Part shown: positions 13,711-26,000 of the stretch, in pieces | Layout: every line of letters starts with the position of its first letter | Numbering within the stretch: position 1 is the first letter of the stretch | Source: Mustelus asterias | Lineage: Eukaryota | Direction of reading: 5' to 3' | Length of the DNA stretch: 64,000 nt | Assembly (NCBI RefSeq): GCF_964213995.1 | Contig: NC_135808.1 | Span: 34,658,001 to 34,722,000, forward strand | Notes under the pieces: generated by a model | What the model saw: only the letters and a program-made list of their open reading frames with translations | Told to the model about the DNA's origin: nothing | Database searches by the model: none | Translations under genes and position numbers: made by a program

Positions 13711-14588
13711 ATAACCTCACGATGCTCCACTTCTCCAGCTTCCACTCTAAACACATTAGAGAAGCCATCCCCTACGAACAAGCCCTTTGTATATCTGCTC
13801 AGGTGAGGAGGAATGCAACAGATATCTATAGACACTGAAAGGCACCCTCGTAAGAACAGGATATGGTGCTCGACTCATCGATTGACAGTTCCGATGCGCC
13901 TCAGCGAAAAACCGCACCGACCTCCTCAGAAGACAAACACGGGACATGGCGGACAGAGTACCCTTCGTCGTCCAGTTCTTCCCCGGAGGGGAGGAGCTAT
14001 GACATCTTCTTCAGAGCCTTCAAACTGTCATCGATGAAGATGAACATCTCGCCAAGGCCATCCCCAGACCCCCCCATTACTTGCCTTCAAACAACCGTGC
14101 AAACTCAAACAGACCATTGCTCGCAGCAAACCACCCAGCCTTCAGGAGAACAGTGACCACGACACCACACAACCCTGCCACAGCACCCTCTGCAAGACGT
14201 GCCAGATCATCGACACGGATGCTATCATCACACATGAGTACACCATCCTCCAGGTACACGGTACATATCATGCAACTCGGCCAACGTTGTCTACCTGATA
14301 CGCTGCAGGAAAAGACGTCCCGAGGCATGGTACATCAGCGAGACCATGCAGACACCAAGACAACGGATGAACAGATGACGCTGGACAATCACCAGGCAGG
14401 AGTGTTCCCTTCCTGTCGGGAAACACTTCAGCGGTCACGGGCATTCAGCCTGCAATCTTCGGGTAAGCGTTCTCCAAGGCGCCCTTCAAGACACATGACA
14501 ACGCAGAATCGCCGAGCAGAAACTGATAACCAAGTTCCGCCCACGTGAGGACGGCCTCAACCGGGATCTTGGGTTCATGTCACACTAT

Positions 14589-15465
14589 GGGCCTGATTTT
14601 ACCATTTTCATTCTCAGTGATGAATCTAGGTGCAATTCAGATCCGACTTGGAAATCTGCTTTCAGACGCTCCCATAAGCACTCAGCCTGAAAAACAAATT
14701 GCGGGTCTGAATTGCTCCGTGGGCGGGGCTCAGCACGCCCGAAACGATCGGAGCTCTGAACTGTGCATGCGCAGTTAGAAAAAAATTGAAAAAGCGCAAG
14801 CTGTCAGATCGCTCCCGGGCCGCTTTCTCCGCTTTCTGCGGCCCGGGAGTGAAAAGCGGGAGCCGGGGCCCCCACAGACATCACTGTCCCCCTTATCCAC
14901 CCACCCCCCGCTACCCAGACCGATCGCGACGCCCTACCGCCGTTCCCCCCCCATCGATCGCCCGCAGAGTGGCAGCGGACCCCCCCTGCCCCCCCCACCA
15001 GTGATCTGTCTGGGCCCCCCACCAGAAATACATCTTACCCACCTCCCTCCTCCTCACAACGCCCCCCCCCCCCAGAGAATGGTCTGGCCTCACTCCCCCC
15101 CCACTACCAGGGAAACATCTGATCCGCCTCCTCCACCCCTCCCCCCACCCCCACCTCCACCCCCACTGATTTGAGTCAGAGAGCCGCTGGAAGCTCTGAC
15201 CTCGCTCTTCAGCAGCTGGAGCGCCCGATTCTGACTTTTATTCAGCAGGTTCGTTTCGGCATGATTCCGGATCGGCGAACGCGGCGGCAAAGGGGGAAAT
15301 GTTGATAAAGTTGGGCGGGCGGTTCAAATGCATTTAAATCGCTGTGGTTCCCGTTTCAGGTGCGAATCGGATCGCGGCCATTCCCGGGTCTCAGTAAAGT
15401 GGCGATCTGGGTGCGGACTGCGTTCATGGCCTCACACCCGACTTTACCACGGTAAAATCGGGCCC
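14589..15465. mobile_element. Non-autonomous DNA transposon (PIF/Harbinger-like MITE), 877 bp
   Basis: TIRs GGGCCTGATTTTACC and GGTAAAATCGGGCCC (14/15); 3-bp TSD TAT; CpG-rich interior. Confidence 0.85.
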
Positions 15466-15954
15466 TATGTGTAACCACCATTTGCCTGGGTTTGCAAAAT
15501 CGTACTAACTGTCTAATCCACAACCTCTTTAATCTGTGATTATCCCTCTCTCCACTCACATTGTCTGTACCTGTAAAGACTTGATTACCTATTAAGACTC
15601 GCATTCCAACCATTATCTTGCAATTGAATCTGTGTCTATATATGCTGTGTTTGTGAACCCAACTCTCCACTTACCTGATGAAGGGGCAGTGCTCTGAAAG
15701 CTCGTGATACCAAATAAACTTGGACTTAAACTGGTATTGTGAGAATTTTTACTGTGCCCACTCCAGTTCAACACCGGCATCTCTACATCATGGTGCCACA
15801 GAATATGGCACTGAACCCCAGGTGTAATTAATTAGTGATTTGCAATCGGCCTCTAGAGCGGGAAACATTCCCTGTCCCACAGACTCAGTCCCAGACAGGA
15901 GAATTCCAGCCCCGACTGCACTGAAGGAGCTGATTCATGTTCACCTAAAGATAT

Positions 15955-16085
15955 TAGTCCAACAGGTTTATTTGGTAGCTCGAGCTTCGGAGTGTTGCTC
16001 CTTCATCAGGTAAGTGTCGACTTAACCTGGTGTTGTGAGGTTTCTTACTGTGCCCAGTCCAATGCCGGCATTTCCACATCATGCC
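15955..16085. mobile_element. Short Penelope terminal-repeat fragments, inverted pair
   Basis: Same terminal repeat family; degenerate hammerhead core on the minus strand. Confidence 0.6.
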
Positions 16086-16144
16086 TAAAGATATTAATGA
16101 ATCCCTCTGATTATTTCCCCCTCCAGATGCAGCTTCCTGTGGTG

Positions 16145-16460
16145 AGGACAGTAAGGTGGCACAGTGGTTAGTGCTGCTGCCTCACTGGGTTCAATTCCTG
16201 CTTGGGTCACTGTCTGTGTGGAGTTTGCACATTCTCCCCGTGTCTGCGTGGGTTTCCTCCGGGTGCTCCGGTTTCCTCCCACACTCCAAAGATGTGCGGG
16301 ATAGGTGGATTGACTATGCTAAAATTGCCACTTAGTGTCAGGGGGCCTAGCTAGGGTAAATGCATGGGGTTATGGGGATATGGCCTGGGTGGGACTGTGG
16401 TTGGTGCAGACTCGATGGGCCGAATGGCCTCCTTCTGCACTGTTGGATTCTATGATTCTG
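16145..16460 (+). mobile_element. HE1-like V-SINE directly upstream of the class II promoter
   Basis: tRNA-like head, V core, CR1-derived tail ending ATTCTATGATTCT. Confidence 0.85.
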
Positions 16461-16524
16461 TGACATTGCTGTCTCCCACTGACCTGCCTGCGCTGGGGAA
16501 GTTTAAATGAACCGCCCAATCCTG

Positions 16525-16568
16525 CCTGGCAACAGATGATGATAACTCCTATCCCCTTCTGATTGGTC
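16525..16568 (+). promoter_or_regulatory. MHC class II X box / Y box module (RFX and NF-Y sites)
   Basis: CCTGGCAACAGATG (13/14 to HLA-DRA X1 CCTAGCAACAGATG), a 20-bp spacer, then CTGATTGGTC (Y box); same spacing as HLA-DRA. Confidence 0.85.
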
Positions 16569-16903
16569 CCTTACTGACAGAGACAGAGTCTCGGTCTCAG
16601 TTTTGATTGGTCTGTTGGATCCAGGAGCGGAACCATTCTCTACTCTGATTGGTCCATATCAAACCGGGACCGGGTAACCACTCATACCCGCCTCTGATTG
16701 GATTGTTCTGTCCGCCATCCCGCCTGTGATTGGCTACCTGTTCCCAGCTCTGATTGGCTCCTCTGTCTCCCTGCCCGTGCTCTTGTTGCTGATTGGTCCC
16801 TGCTCCCTGGATGTATGGGTTTGATTGGGTGATTTCCCTGCTCCTTATTGGTCAGTGTGTTGCTATGTGATTGGTCAGTCTTCCTGCTCCGTTGTGATTG
16901 GTC
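16559..16903 (+). promoter_or_regulatory. Array of 11 same-orientation inverted CCAAT (Y-like) boxes
   Basis: ATTGG at 16562, 16606, 16648, 16697, 16729, 16753, 16792, 16824, 16847, 16870 and 16897; ten are in the context TGATTGG. Confidence 0.85.
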
Positions 16904-16913
16904 AGTGTCTGTG

Positions 16914-16948
16914 TTTAAAGCCTGGCGGGGCTCAGTCCCGGTTCAGTC
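16914..16948 (+). promoter_or_regulatory. TATA-like TTTAAA and initiator-like TCAGT (putative core promoter)
   Basis: TTTAAA at 16914-16919 with TCAGT about 29 nt downstream; ATG at 16973. Confidence 0.45.
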
Positions 16949-16972
16949 GGTCTCGGAGCCGCTGCGGGGGAA

Positions 16973-17075
16973 ATGTGTCTGTTCACAGCGACTGGCTCCC
17001 GCTCCCTGTGGATCCGGATCTCCCTCCTCATCTTGAGCCTGCTCATCTTCAATGGAGAGAGAGAGAGCGGAGCCG
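16973..17075 (+). CDS. mhc2b: MHC class II beta exon 1 (signal peptide [34 protein letters not shown])
   Basis: ATG just downstream of the X/Y-box promoter; hydrophobic core; donor CCG|GTAAG at 17076; phase 1 joins exon 2 in frame (G+GG = Gly). Confidence 0.9.
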
Positions 17076-20000
17076 GTAAGGACCCAGTTAGAGAGCGGGG
17101 AGGAGGGGGTCCGGAGCCGGTAAGGACCCAGTTAGAGAGCGGGGAGGAGGGGGTCCGGAGCCGGTAAGGACCCAGTTAGAGAGCGGGGCGGAGGGGGTCC
17201 GGAGCCGGTAAGAACCCAGTTAGAGAGCGGGGAGGAGGGGGTCCGGAGCCGGTAAGAACCCAGTTAGAGAGCGGGGAGGAGGGGGTCCGGAGCCGGTAAG
17301 GACCCAGTTAGAGAGCGGGGCGGAGGGGGTCCGGAGCCGGTAAGAACCCAGTTAGAGAGCGGGGCGGAGGGGGTCCGGAGCCGGTAAGAACCCAGTTAGA
17401 GAGCGGGGAGGAATAAAATAAGTGCCTTTCTCTTTAGATTTAAGTGTGCGATATGACTGGGAAGTTTGTAAATAAAACCGATCAGCCGCGTAGTGAAGAA
17501 TCAGTTTTACAGCACAGAAAGAGGTCCTTCGGCCCATCATGTCTGTCCCGGCCATCAAACACCAATCCACACATCTCAATATCCTGCACTTGTTCCTAGC
17601 TCTGGTCTTTCAATTGATCATCTAAATGCTGAGGTTCCCGTCTCCATCCTTTCAGTCGGTGAGTTCCAGATTCTCACCACCGGCTGGGTGGAAATGTTTT
17701 TTCTTCAAACAATGGTTCTATGTTCTAATGGTTAGCACTGCTGCCTCACAGCACCAGGGACCCAGGTTCAATTCTGGCCTTGAGTGACTGTGGAGTTTGC
17801 ATGCTTTCCCTGTGTGGGTTTTCTCTAGTTTCCTTCCACACTCCAAAGGTGTGTGGGTTTAGGTGGATTGGCCTTGATAAATTGCTCCTTGGGTGTAGCT
17901 TGGGGGGATTAGTAGGATAAATGTGTGGGATTGCATTGATGGGGTGGACCTGGGCAAGATGCTCTGTTGGAAAGTTGGTGCAGACTTGATGGCTCAAATG
18001 GCCTCCATCTGCATTGTAGTGATTCTATGAAATCTCCTCAATTCCCTGCCCCTTGCATCTATGCCTCCTGGTTATTGATCCCTCTAAGGGGGTGGGGGGT
18101 TAAATCTTATCTTTGCCCTTAACTTTCACTGAGGTCCCCCTAAGCCTTCTGTGCACTAAGGAAGACAATTTGAGCCTAACCAGCCCTTTATAGCTGGAAT
18201 GCTCCAGCCCAGGCAACATCCTGGTGAATCTCTGCTGTTTAGAGAATGTCAATAGTTTGAGTGGACAAGTATCTGGGGAGGGCAAATGGAGCAAGAGAAT
18301 AATCAATAACTGGGAAGATGTTGAGGAAATGAGACAAGATGCCAAGACAGGTGGACTGGTGTGAAGAAAGCATATGGAATTGGCCATGCTGGAGTTTTGT
18401 CCCCTTCTGGTCACCATGTTACAGGAAGGACATTAATGCTCTGGAGTGCAGAGGAGACTTATTGGAATTTGCCAGGGCTTGAATTTAAGCTGAGATTAGA
18501 TAGGCTGGGGTCATTTTCCTTAGCACAGGAGGTTGAGGGGTCTAGGCAGGATAGATAGACTTGTTTTCCTCCTATCTGAGGGGTCATTATCAGGAGCATA
18601 AATTAAAAGATGATTGGTAGTGATCATGAGGATTTCTTATGACTAATTATCAGCTGCTTCACAGCTCCAGGGACCTGGGTTTGATTCCTGTCTTGGGTCA
18701 CTGTCTGTGGAGTTTGCACATTCTCCTCGTGTCTGTGTGGGTTTCCTCCAGGTGCTCTGGTTTCCTCCCACAGTCCAAAGATGTGTGGGTTAGGTTGATT
18801 GGCCATGCTAAAAATTGCCCTTAGCGTCTTTATGTGTAGGTTAGAGGGATTAGTGGGTGGATATGGGGGTAGGGCCTGGGTGGGATTGTGGTCGGTGCAG
18901 ACTCGATGGGCTGAATGGCCTCTTTTGGTACTGTAGGCTTTCTATGATTTCTATGATTAATAGGGTGTCTGGAATTCACTGCCTAAATTGGTGGCTGAGA
19001 CTAACACTAAACTCATTTAAAAGGAACCTGGATCTGCATCTGAGGTACTGTAACCTGCAAGGCTATAGATGGATGTTGGAAGGTGGGATTAAAATGAATG
19101 ACTTGTTTTTTTACTTAACTGGTGTAGATAATGGGCTGAATGGCCCAGGCTAGAGCTTTATTTTGTTTGGGTACAGTGAGTGAGTGGAAAGGTTTTCACT
19201 CATTTCCAGCCAGTAAACTGAGGCTGCAGATTATTATATTTATGCAGCCTGGTGTTGGTGCTAGTTATTATCAGATATCATGATGCATGAGAATTGATCA
19301 CATCTCTCTGGACAAACTGCTACAGATGTTTGAAATACTACTCTGGACCTAAAAAGAGGGCAGCATCTGTGGAGTGGATGGTGTTTGGTCAATTTCTACA
19401 TGTTTAAAGTAGTGATAAAGGAATGGGATCAAGAGGTCAGAATGAAAATGAAGATCTGATCAGTTGAAAGGCAGAAGAAATTAGTGTGCAAGGAGGTAAT
19501 GAGGCAAGTGAAACAACAGTAAGAGCTCTGAATGAGAATGCAGAACCCCTCTTCACACACATGTCTCTATCTGCTTCAAGAAGATGACCATTATCCCAGT
19601 ACCCAAGAAAAGCCAAGCAGTGTGCCTTAATGACTCAGTGGCTCTGACATCCATGAAGTTCTTCAACAGGTTAGTCATGGCAAGAATCAATTCAAGCCTC
19701 ATGGATTGCCTGGATCCACTAAAGTTCACCTACCTCCACAACAGGCACCATCTCCCTGGCCCTGCACTCAACACCAATGGCAGACTCATATTTATTGACT
19801 ACATCTCAGCCTTCAACACCACTATTCTGATGAAGCTCAGCTCCTCCCTCTGACTGGATCCTGAGCTTCCTAATGCACAGACCCAATCAGTAAGGATGGG
19901 CAATAACACCACCTCCTCCATCCTCAACACTGGTGCTCCACAAGGCTGTGTTCTTGCTCCTTATACTCCTGATACACCTATGACTGGCCAAATTACTCGA

Positions 20001-23000
20001 CTTGATTTTCAAGTTTGCTGATAGCACAGTAGTGGGTCAGATCTCAAACAATGACAAGACTGAGTACAGGAATGAGAATCTGGTGACCGGGTGCAGCAAC
20101 AATCTCTCCCTCTGTCACCAAAATGAAGGAGATTGTTATTGACTTCAGGAAGCAGTGGAGAAGATGCCCCTGTCTACATCAATGGGGACAAAGCAGAAAT
20201 GGTCAAGAGCTTAATGTTTTTAGGTGTCCAGATCACCAACAATCTGTCCTGGTCCCTCCATACCAAAGCTATAGTTACAAAAGCCTACCAATACCTTTAC
20301 TTTTGCAGAAGACTAAGGAAATTTGGCATGTCAGCTAGTACTTGACTTTTACAGATACAACCAGAAAGAATGCTTTCTATGGCTACTGCTCTACACAAGA
20401 CAAACTAAAGGATTGTGAACAAAACCCAATCCATCACTCAAACCAGCCTCCCATCCATTGTCTCTGTCTACACTTCCTGATGCCTTGGGAAGGCAGCTAG
20501 CATAATTAAGGATGACATTCTTCCACTTGTTGGAAAAAGATACAAAAGTCTGACTCAAGAACAGCTTCTTCCCTGCTGCTGTCAGACTTTTGAATGGACT
20601 TGCCTTGCATTAAGTTAATCTTTCTCTACACCCTAGCTATGACCAACACTATCTGCTCTCCTCTTTTATGTCTAGTATGCTTTGTGTATATAGTGCAAGG
20701 AACATACTTTTTGCCAAACTAATACATGTGACAATAAATCATTAGTAGTCATGATCTGTTTTTGAACTCTATGGCAAGCTGAAATGCTGTTCCTCCAGCT
20801 TCACCACTCAGACCTTTGTCCTCCAACTCCTAAACTTGATGTGTTGTTGAAAGTCTGCATTTTGTATGCACACAAATTAAAGTACCTGTGTGCTTGTGAT
20901 TTATTCCCCTTTGTTTTTCCATTATACTCCTGATTACTTACCCATATTCTGTAGTGGCTGCAACAGTTGAATATTGCACTCCAGGAAATGGGCCACCCCA
21001 GCTTTTTACACATTACTGTGATTACTTTGGCATCACTGAACTTGCTCTGTTCTAAGTCCAAGGTAAGAAGTCCAACAGGTTTATTTGGTAGCAAAAGCCA
21101 CTAGCTTTCGGAACAGGCTGTCCCTTCATCAGGTGGGTGGGAGTGAGAACTGATGAAGGGACAGCCTGTTACAAAAGCTCGTGGCTTTTGCTACCAAATA
21201 AACCTGTTGGACTTTAATCTGGTGGTGTTAGAATTCTTGCTGTTTGCCACAGTCCAATGTTGGCATCTCCACATCATGACTCTGTCCAAGGGACAGACTT
21301 TAACATATCAGCTGCCAAGACAAACATCAGCTGTTCTGGGGAATCATTGACTCTGTGCAAGACACTTTGATCTGCCTGAAATTTGGTTCCTGATCAAGTA
21401 TTGCTGCTATTTAGCATATTCCAAGGCTCAGGACTACATGCTGAGGGAGGCACTAAAGCTTGGGGTAGCTGATCCCCAAGGTCCAGTGGGGAATGGCCAG
21501 AAGCTGGTAACTGGGTAAAACCATGCAGATTGTGCTTAATCCTAACCATACATAACTAAATTGAAGTGCCTTGAGTGCAACATGACTAATATAGTTTGAG
21601 CAGTATTCTACTGTGTAGTACCTCAAGTGTGTATCTTGATCTATGGAGGAAATGTGAATGTCATTACACTTTAGAAAGACATTTCCAATTGTAACAATAT
21701 TCATGAAATCTGAAAGAAACAACATGTATTGCAAAAATCTGCTGCAGAATTGGTTTGACCATCATTGCTATTGGGGACCCTGATATAGGGCTGAGGACAA
21801 AAACCTACATTACCAACTGTCTTTCATTCTTTGTCCTTGCAATAGATTCAAAGTCAGTTGGGAGCATTGATTGTCCTGTTTATCACCACCCCATTCTTTC
21901 TGTGCACTGGTCCTGAATCCCTCCCCTGATCTCTGGATCTCATGGATAAAATGTACTCCCTTGACCCCATTTCCCTTCAACTGCTGATCACCTAACCTCT
22001 CATCCTAGCTCCCTAATGTTAGATGACATTGTATTCACTTTTCAACCATTCCTTGTCCTCAAAATGCCCTCCACTCTAGTCATTAACCCTTCCATCACCA
22101 ACCTCCCCTTCCCCTCGTCATTGCACATGTTGAGTCCCGAACTCGTGCTCACCTTGTTTAAATCTAACCTTCCCAGCACACAGCAAATAACAGCTGAGGT
22201 CCCCTACTGACCTGTCGGCAGCTTTTGACCAGTTCACCACGCCCTCGAGGAAAGCCAATATGTTCATCTGGGGTTATGGCGACTATCTTTCACTGACCAC
22301 CCCATCCTTTAACACTCTGCTGTCATCACTGGGACTGTCCTCCACTCAGTTTCTCTTTCAGCCTATGGGAAATCGTAGCTTAAACATCTGTCATGGCTGA
22401 TTTAGTGTTTCATCGTCACCTTGAGTTCCACATGTCCAGGCAGTGCTGTGGCTGGGGTAGGGGAGTGACCCCACAGCTGTCCTGACCCTCTCTACACAGG
22501 GTCAGGGTGTGATCTACTGGAGATTACTGTCACAATGTGGGGTTTCCCGGAGGGGAGTGGGTCTGGGACCCGCACCCCTTCCCCATGTTGTTGTGATGGG
22601 GCTGGGCGGGCAGGAGGTGGAAAGATTCCCCATTCCTGGGTGGCTCTGGTCACTGGGCTGTCTGTCGGGCAGTAACTCGGTCTCTCTCTCTCACAGGGGC
22701 TCATGTCGGGAACTTCATTCACGGATGTGAGTTTAACGACACCGGGGTCTGGACCTATATTGAGCAGTATGTCTATGACCAAGAGCTGCTCGCGTATTTC
22801 GACTTTAACCCGAGGAAGTACATCGCGGTGAAGGACGGGATGGAAAGGACTGTGAAGACATGGAATAAAGAGTTAGCGGAAGCGACCTACCAGCAAGCGC
22901 TCACCATATGTCACACCAACATTGACATCGACGAAAGTGAGGTGCTGCCCCGGAGAGGTGAGAGCCCCGGGGGGGAGGGGGTTAAATGCCATCAGCGGCC

Positions 23001-26000
23001 TATGCTGGGATCGGCCTGTGCCCGGAGCTGCTGAGTCCCCGGGACACTCGGTGCTTTCTCTGAGGCTGAGCTTCCTCCAGCCGCGGGAATCCCGCTCTGG
23101 GGAAAGTCACCGCGCCTCCGCACACTCCCTCCACACACTCCCTCCCTTAACCCACCTGTACACTGGAGACAGAATAGCAGCAATACTCTCCTTCGTTTGA
23201 GGGTGTTAAAGTGTATGTAGTCAGTGAGGTTAAACAGCACCAGCAGTCTGAGTTACTTCCCAGTATCTCCATCCACAGGGACCTGTCCTGCTTCTGGAAG
23301 CTGGCCTCAGACTTCAACTTGACTTGTCACTGGATTTTATTCTAGATGTGGAGATGCCGGCGTTGGACTGGGGTAAACACAGTAAGAAGTCTCAACACCA
23401 GGTTAAAGTCCAACAGGTTTATTTCGGAGCCTCAAGCTCCTTCAGGTGAGTGAGGGCTTGTGTTCACAAACTGGGAATATGTGGGTTAGGTTGATTGGCC
23501 AGGTTAAAAAAATTGCCCCTTAGAGTCCTGGGATGCGTAGGTTAGAGGGATTAGCGGGTAAAATATGTTGGGGTAGGGCCTGGGTGGGATTGTGGTCAGT
23601 GCAGACTCGATGGGCCGAATGGCCTCCTTCTGCACTGTAGGGTTTCTATGATTCTATAATAAAGACAAACTCCATTTACAAGATAATGGTTGGAATGTGA
23701 GTCTTTACAGGTAATCAAGTCTTAAAGGTACAGATAATGAGTGGAGAGGGTTAAGCACAGATTAGAGATGTGTATTGTCTCCAGCCAAGACAGTTAGTGA
23801 GATTTTGCAAGTCATGGGGGTTACAGATAGTGACATGAACCCAAGATCCTGGTTGAAGCTGTCTTCGTGTGTGTGGAACTTGGCTATAGTTTCTGCTCAG
23901 CGATTCTCTGGTGTTGTGAACCACAGGAACAGGAAGAGAACACTCCTGCCTCATGATACGCTGCAGGAAAGGATGTCCTGAGGCATGGTACATTAGGGAG
24001 ACCATGCAGACACTACAACAAATGAATGAACACTGCTCGACAATCTCAATTCCCCTGTGGGGGAACACTTCAGCAGTCACAGGCATTCAACCTCTGATCT
24101 TCGGGTAAGCATTCTCCAAGGCAGCCTTCACCAATACATGACAACGCAGAGTCACTGAGCAGAAACTGATAGCCAAGTTCCGCACATGAGGATGTCCTCA
24201 ACCGGGATCTTGGGTTAATGTCACACTATCTGTAACCCCCACGACTTGCCTGGGCTTGCAAAATCTCACTAACTGTCTTGGCTGGAGACAATACACATCT
24301 CTTTAACCTGTGCTTAACCCTCTCTCCACTCCTTATCTGTACCTTTAAGACTTGATTACCTAGAAAGAGACACATTCCAACCATTAGTTTGTAAATTGAG
24401 TTTGTCTTTATGCCCTGTTTGTGAACAGAACTCCCACTCACCTGAAGGAGCTTGAGGCTCTGAAAGCTAGTGCTATGAAATAAACCTGTTGGACTTTAAC
24501 CTGGCGTTGTGAGACTTCTTACTATTCTAGTCATTGTGCTCACATTATTTAGTTTTTTTTCGCTCATTGTTCATTTCTCTGCATCCTTAATTTTTAATTT
24601 CCCCTTTTTAATCCCATACCGTACAGGGCAGTTTTACTGAATATCCATTTGTATAGATGTGTTCTGTGTTCCTGCTCTTTAAACTTCTTTCCCAGTGCAC
24701 TCTGAGGAAGGGGAAAAAGGTTTCAGTGTTCCATTGGAGCAATTCTTTTTCTTTGTAGCAGTAAGTTATATGGAGGGGATGGAAGTGAAGGCAGTGCAAT
24801 GTACCTCCTGCAGAATGTTTGAGGTGAGGGACACCGTCAGTGTCCCTGCTGATTACACCTGTGGGAGGTGCACCCACCTGCAGCTCCTCCAAGACCACGT
24901 TAAGGAGCTTGAGTTGGATGAGCTTGGGGTCATCAGGGAGGCAGAGGGCCATAGACACAAGCTTCAGGGATATAGTTGCTCCAGGGAATGAAAATAGATG
25001 GGTAACAGAGGGGCTGGGAGGAAGCAGTCAGTGCAGGGATCCCCTGTGGTCATTCCCCTTAGCAACAAGTATTCCACTTTGGATACAGGTGAGGTGACCT
25101 ACCAGTGGTAAGCCGCAGTGACCAGATTGCCAGCGCTGAGTCTGTCCCTGTGGCTCAGAAGTGCAAGGGGGAGAGCGGTAGAGCTATAGTTATTGGGGAC
25201 TTGCTTGTTAGAGTGATAGGAGGTTCTGTGGCAACAAGAGAGACTCACGGATGTTTTGTTGCCTCCCGGATGCCAGGGTCTGTGACATCTCCAACCATGT
25301 CTTCAGGATTCTGAAGGGGGAGGGGGAACAGTCAAGTCATGGTGCACGTCGGCACCAAAGACATAGGTAAGAGAGGGGATGGGGATTTAAAACAGGAATT
25401 CAGGGAGCTAGGGTGGAAGCTGAGAGCCAGGACAAAACAGGTTGTCGTCTCTGGTATGTTGCCGATAGCAAGTTGAGGAACAGGGAGAGTGCAGTTAAAC
25501 GCAGGGATGGTGTAGGAGGGAGGGTTTCGGCATGTGGATAATTGGAACACATTCTGGGGAAGGTGGGACCTAAACCAACAGGACGGGTTGCACCTGAACC
25601 AGAGGGGCACCAATATCCTGGGAGGGAAATTTGCTACAGCTCTTCAGCAGGGGGGGGGGGGGGGGGGGGGGGTTTAAACTAATTTGTCAGGGGGATGGGA
25701 AAAGGAGTTGTAGTCTGGAGGTCAGTGAGTGTAGTGAGGTACTGGGAAGGGTATCATGGTCAAAGGTGGGTACCAGCAGGCAAGAAGGTGGGTTGAAGTG
25801 TCTACTTCAATGCAAGGAGCATCTGAAATAAGGTAGGTGAACTTGGGGTGTGGATTGGCACTTGGGACTACAATGTTGTGGCCATTACGGAGACATGGGT
25901 AGAACAAGGACCGGAATGGTTGTTGCAAGTTCCGGGGTATAGATGTTTCAGCAAGTGTAGGGTAGCTGGTAAGAGGTGGAGTGGCACTGTTAATCAAGGA

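Larger units (their letters stand above)
8420..15792 (+). mobile_element. Penelope-like retroelement (RT and GIY-YIG), degenerate, interrupted by nested CR1s and a MITE
   Basis: IVIKPADKGG, PKIHK, MDVSALYTSIP, GTAMG and RYIDDIF in 8420-9336; resumes at 13711; GIY-YIG-like NVVYLIRC near 14283; terminal repeat at 15466-15792. Confidence 0.88.

Noticed and set aside
16480-16524. S/W box upstream of the X box
   Set aside because: Candidates (GACCT, GAACC) are not at a convincing distance from X, so none is called.
16973-17167. Standalone 64-aa ORF; likewise 22828-23034 and 36348-36704
   Set aside because: These are MHC exons reading through their donors into introns.
17069-17412. CRISPR-like array
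   Set aside because: Head-to-tail units with no unique spacers, in a vertebrate genome, with no cas genes.
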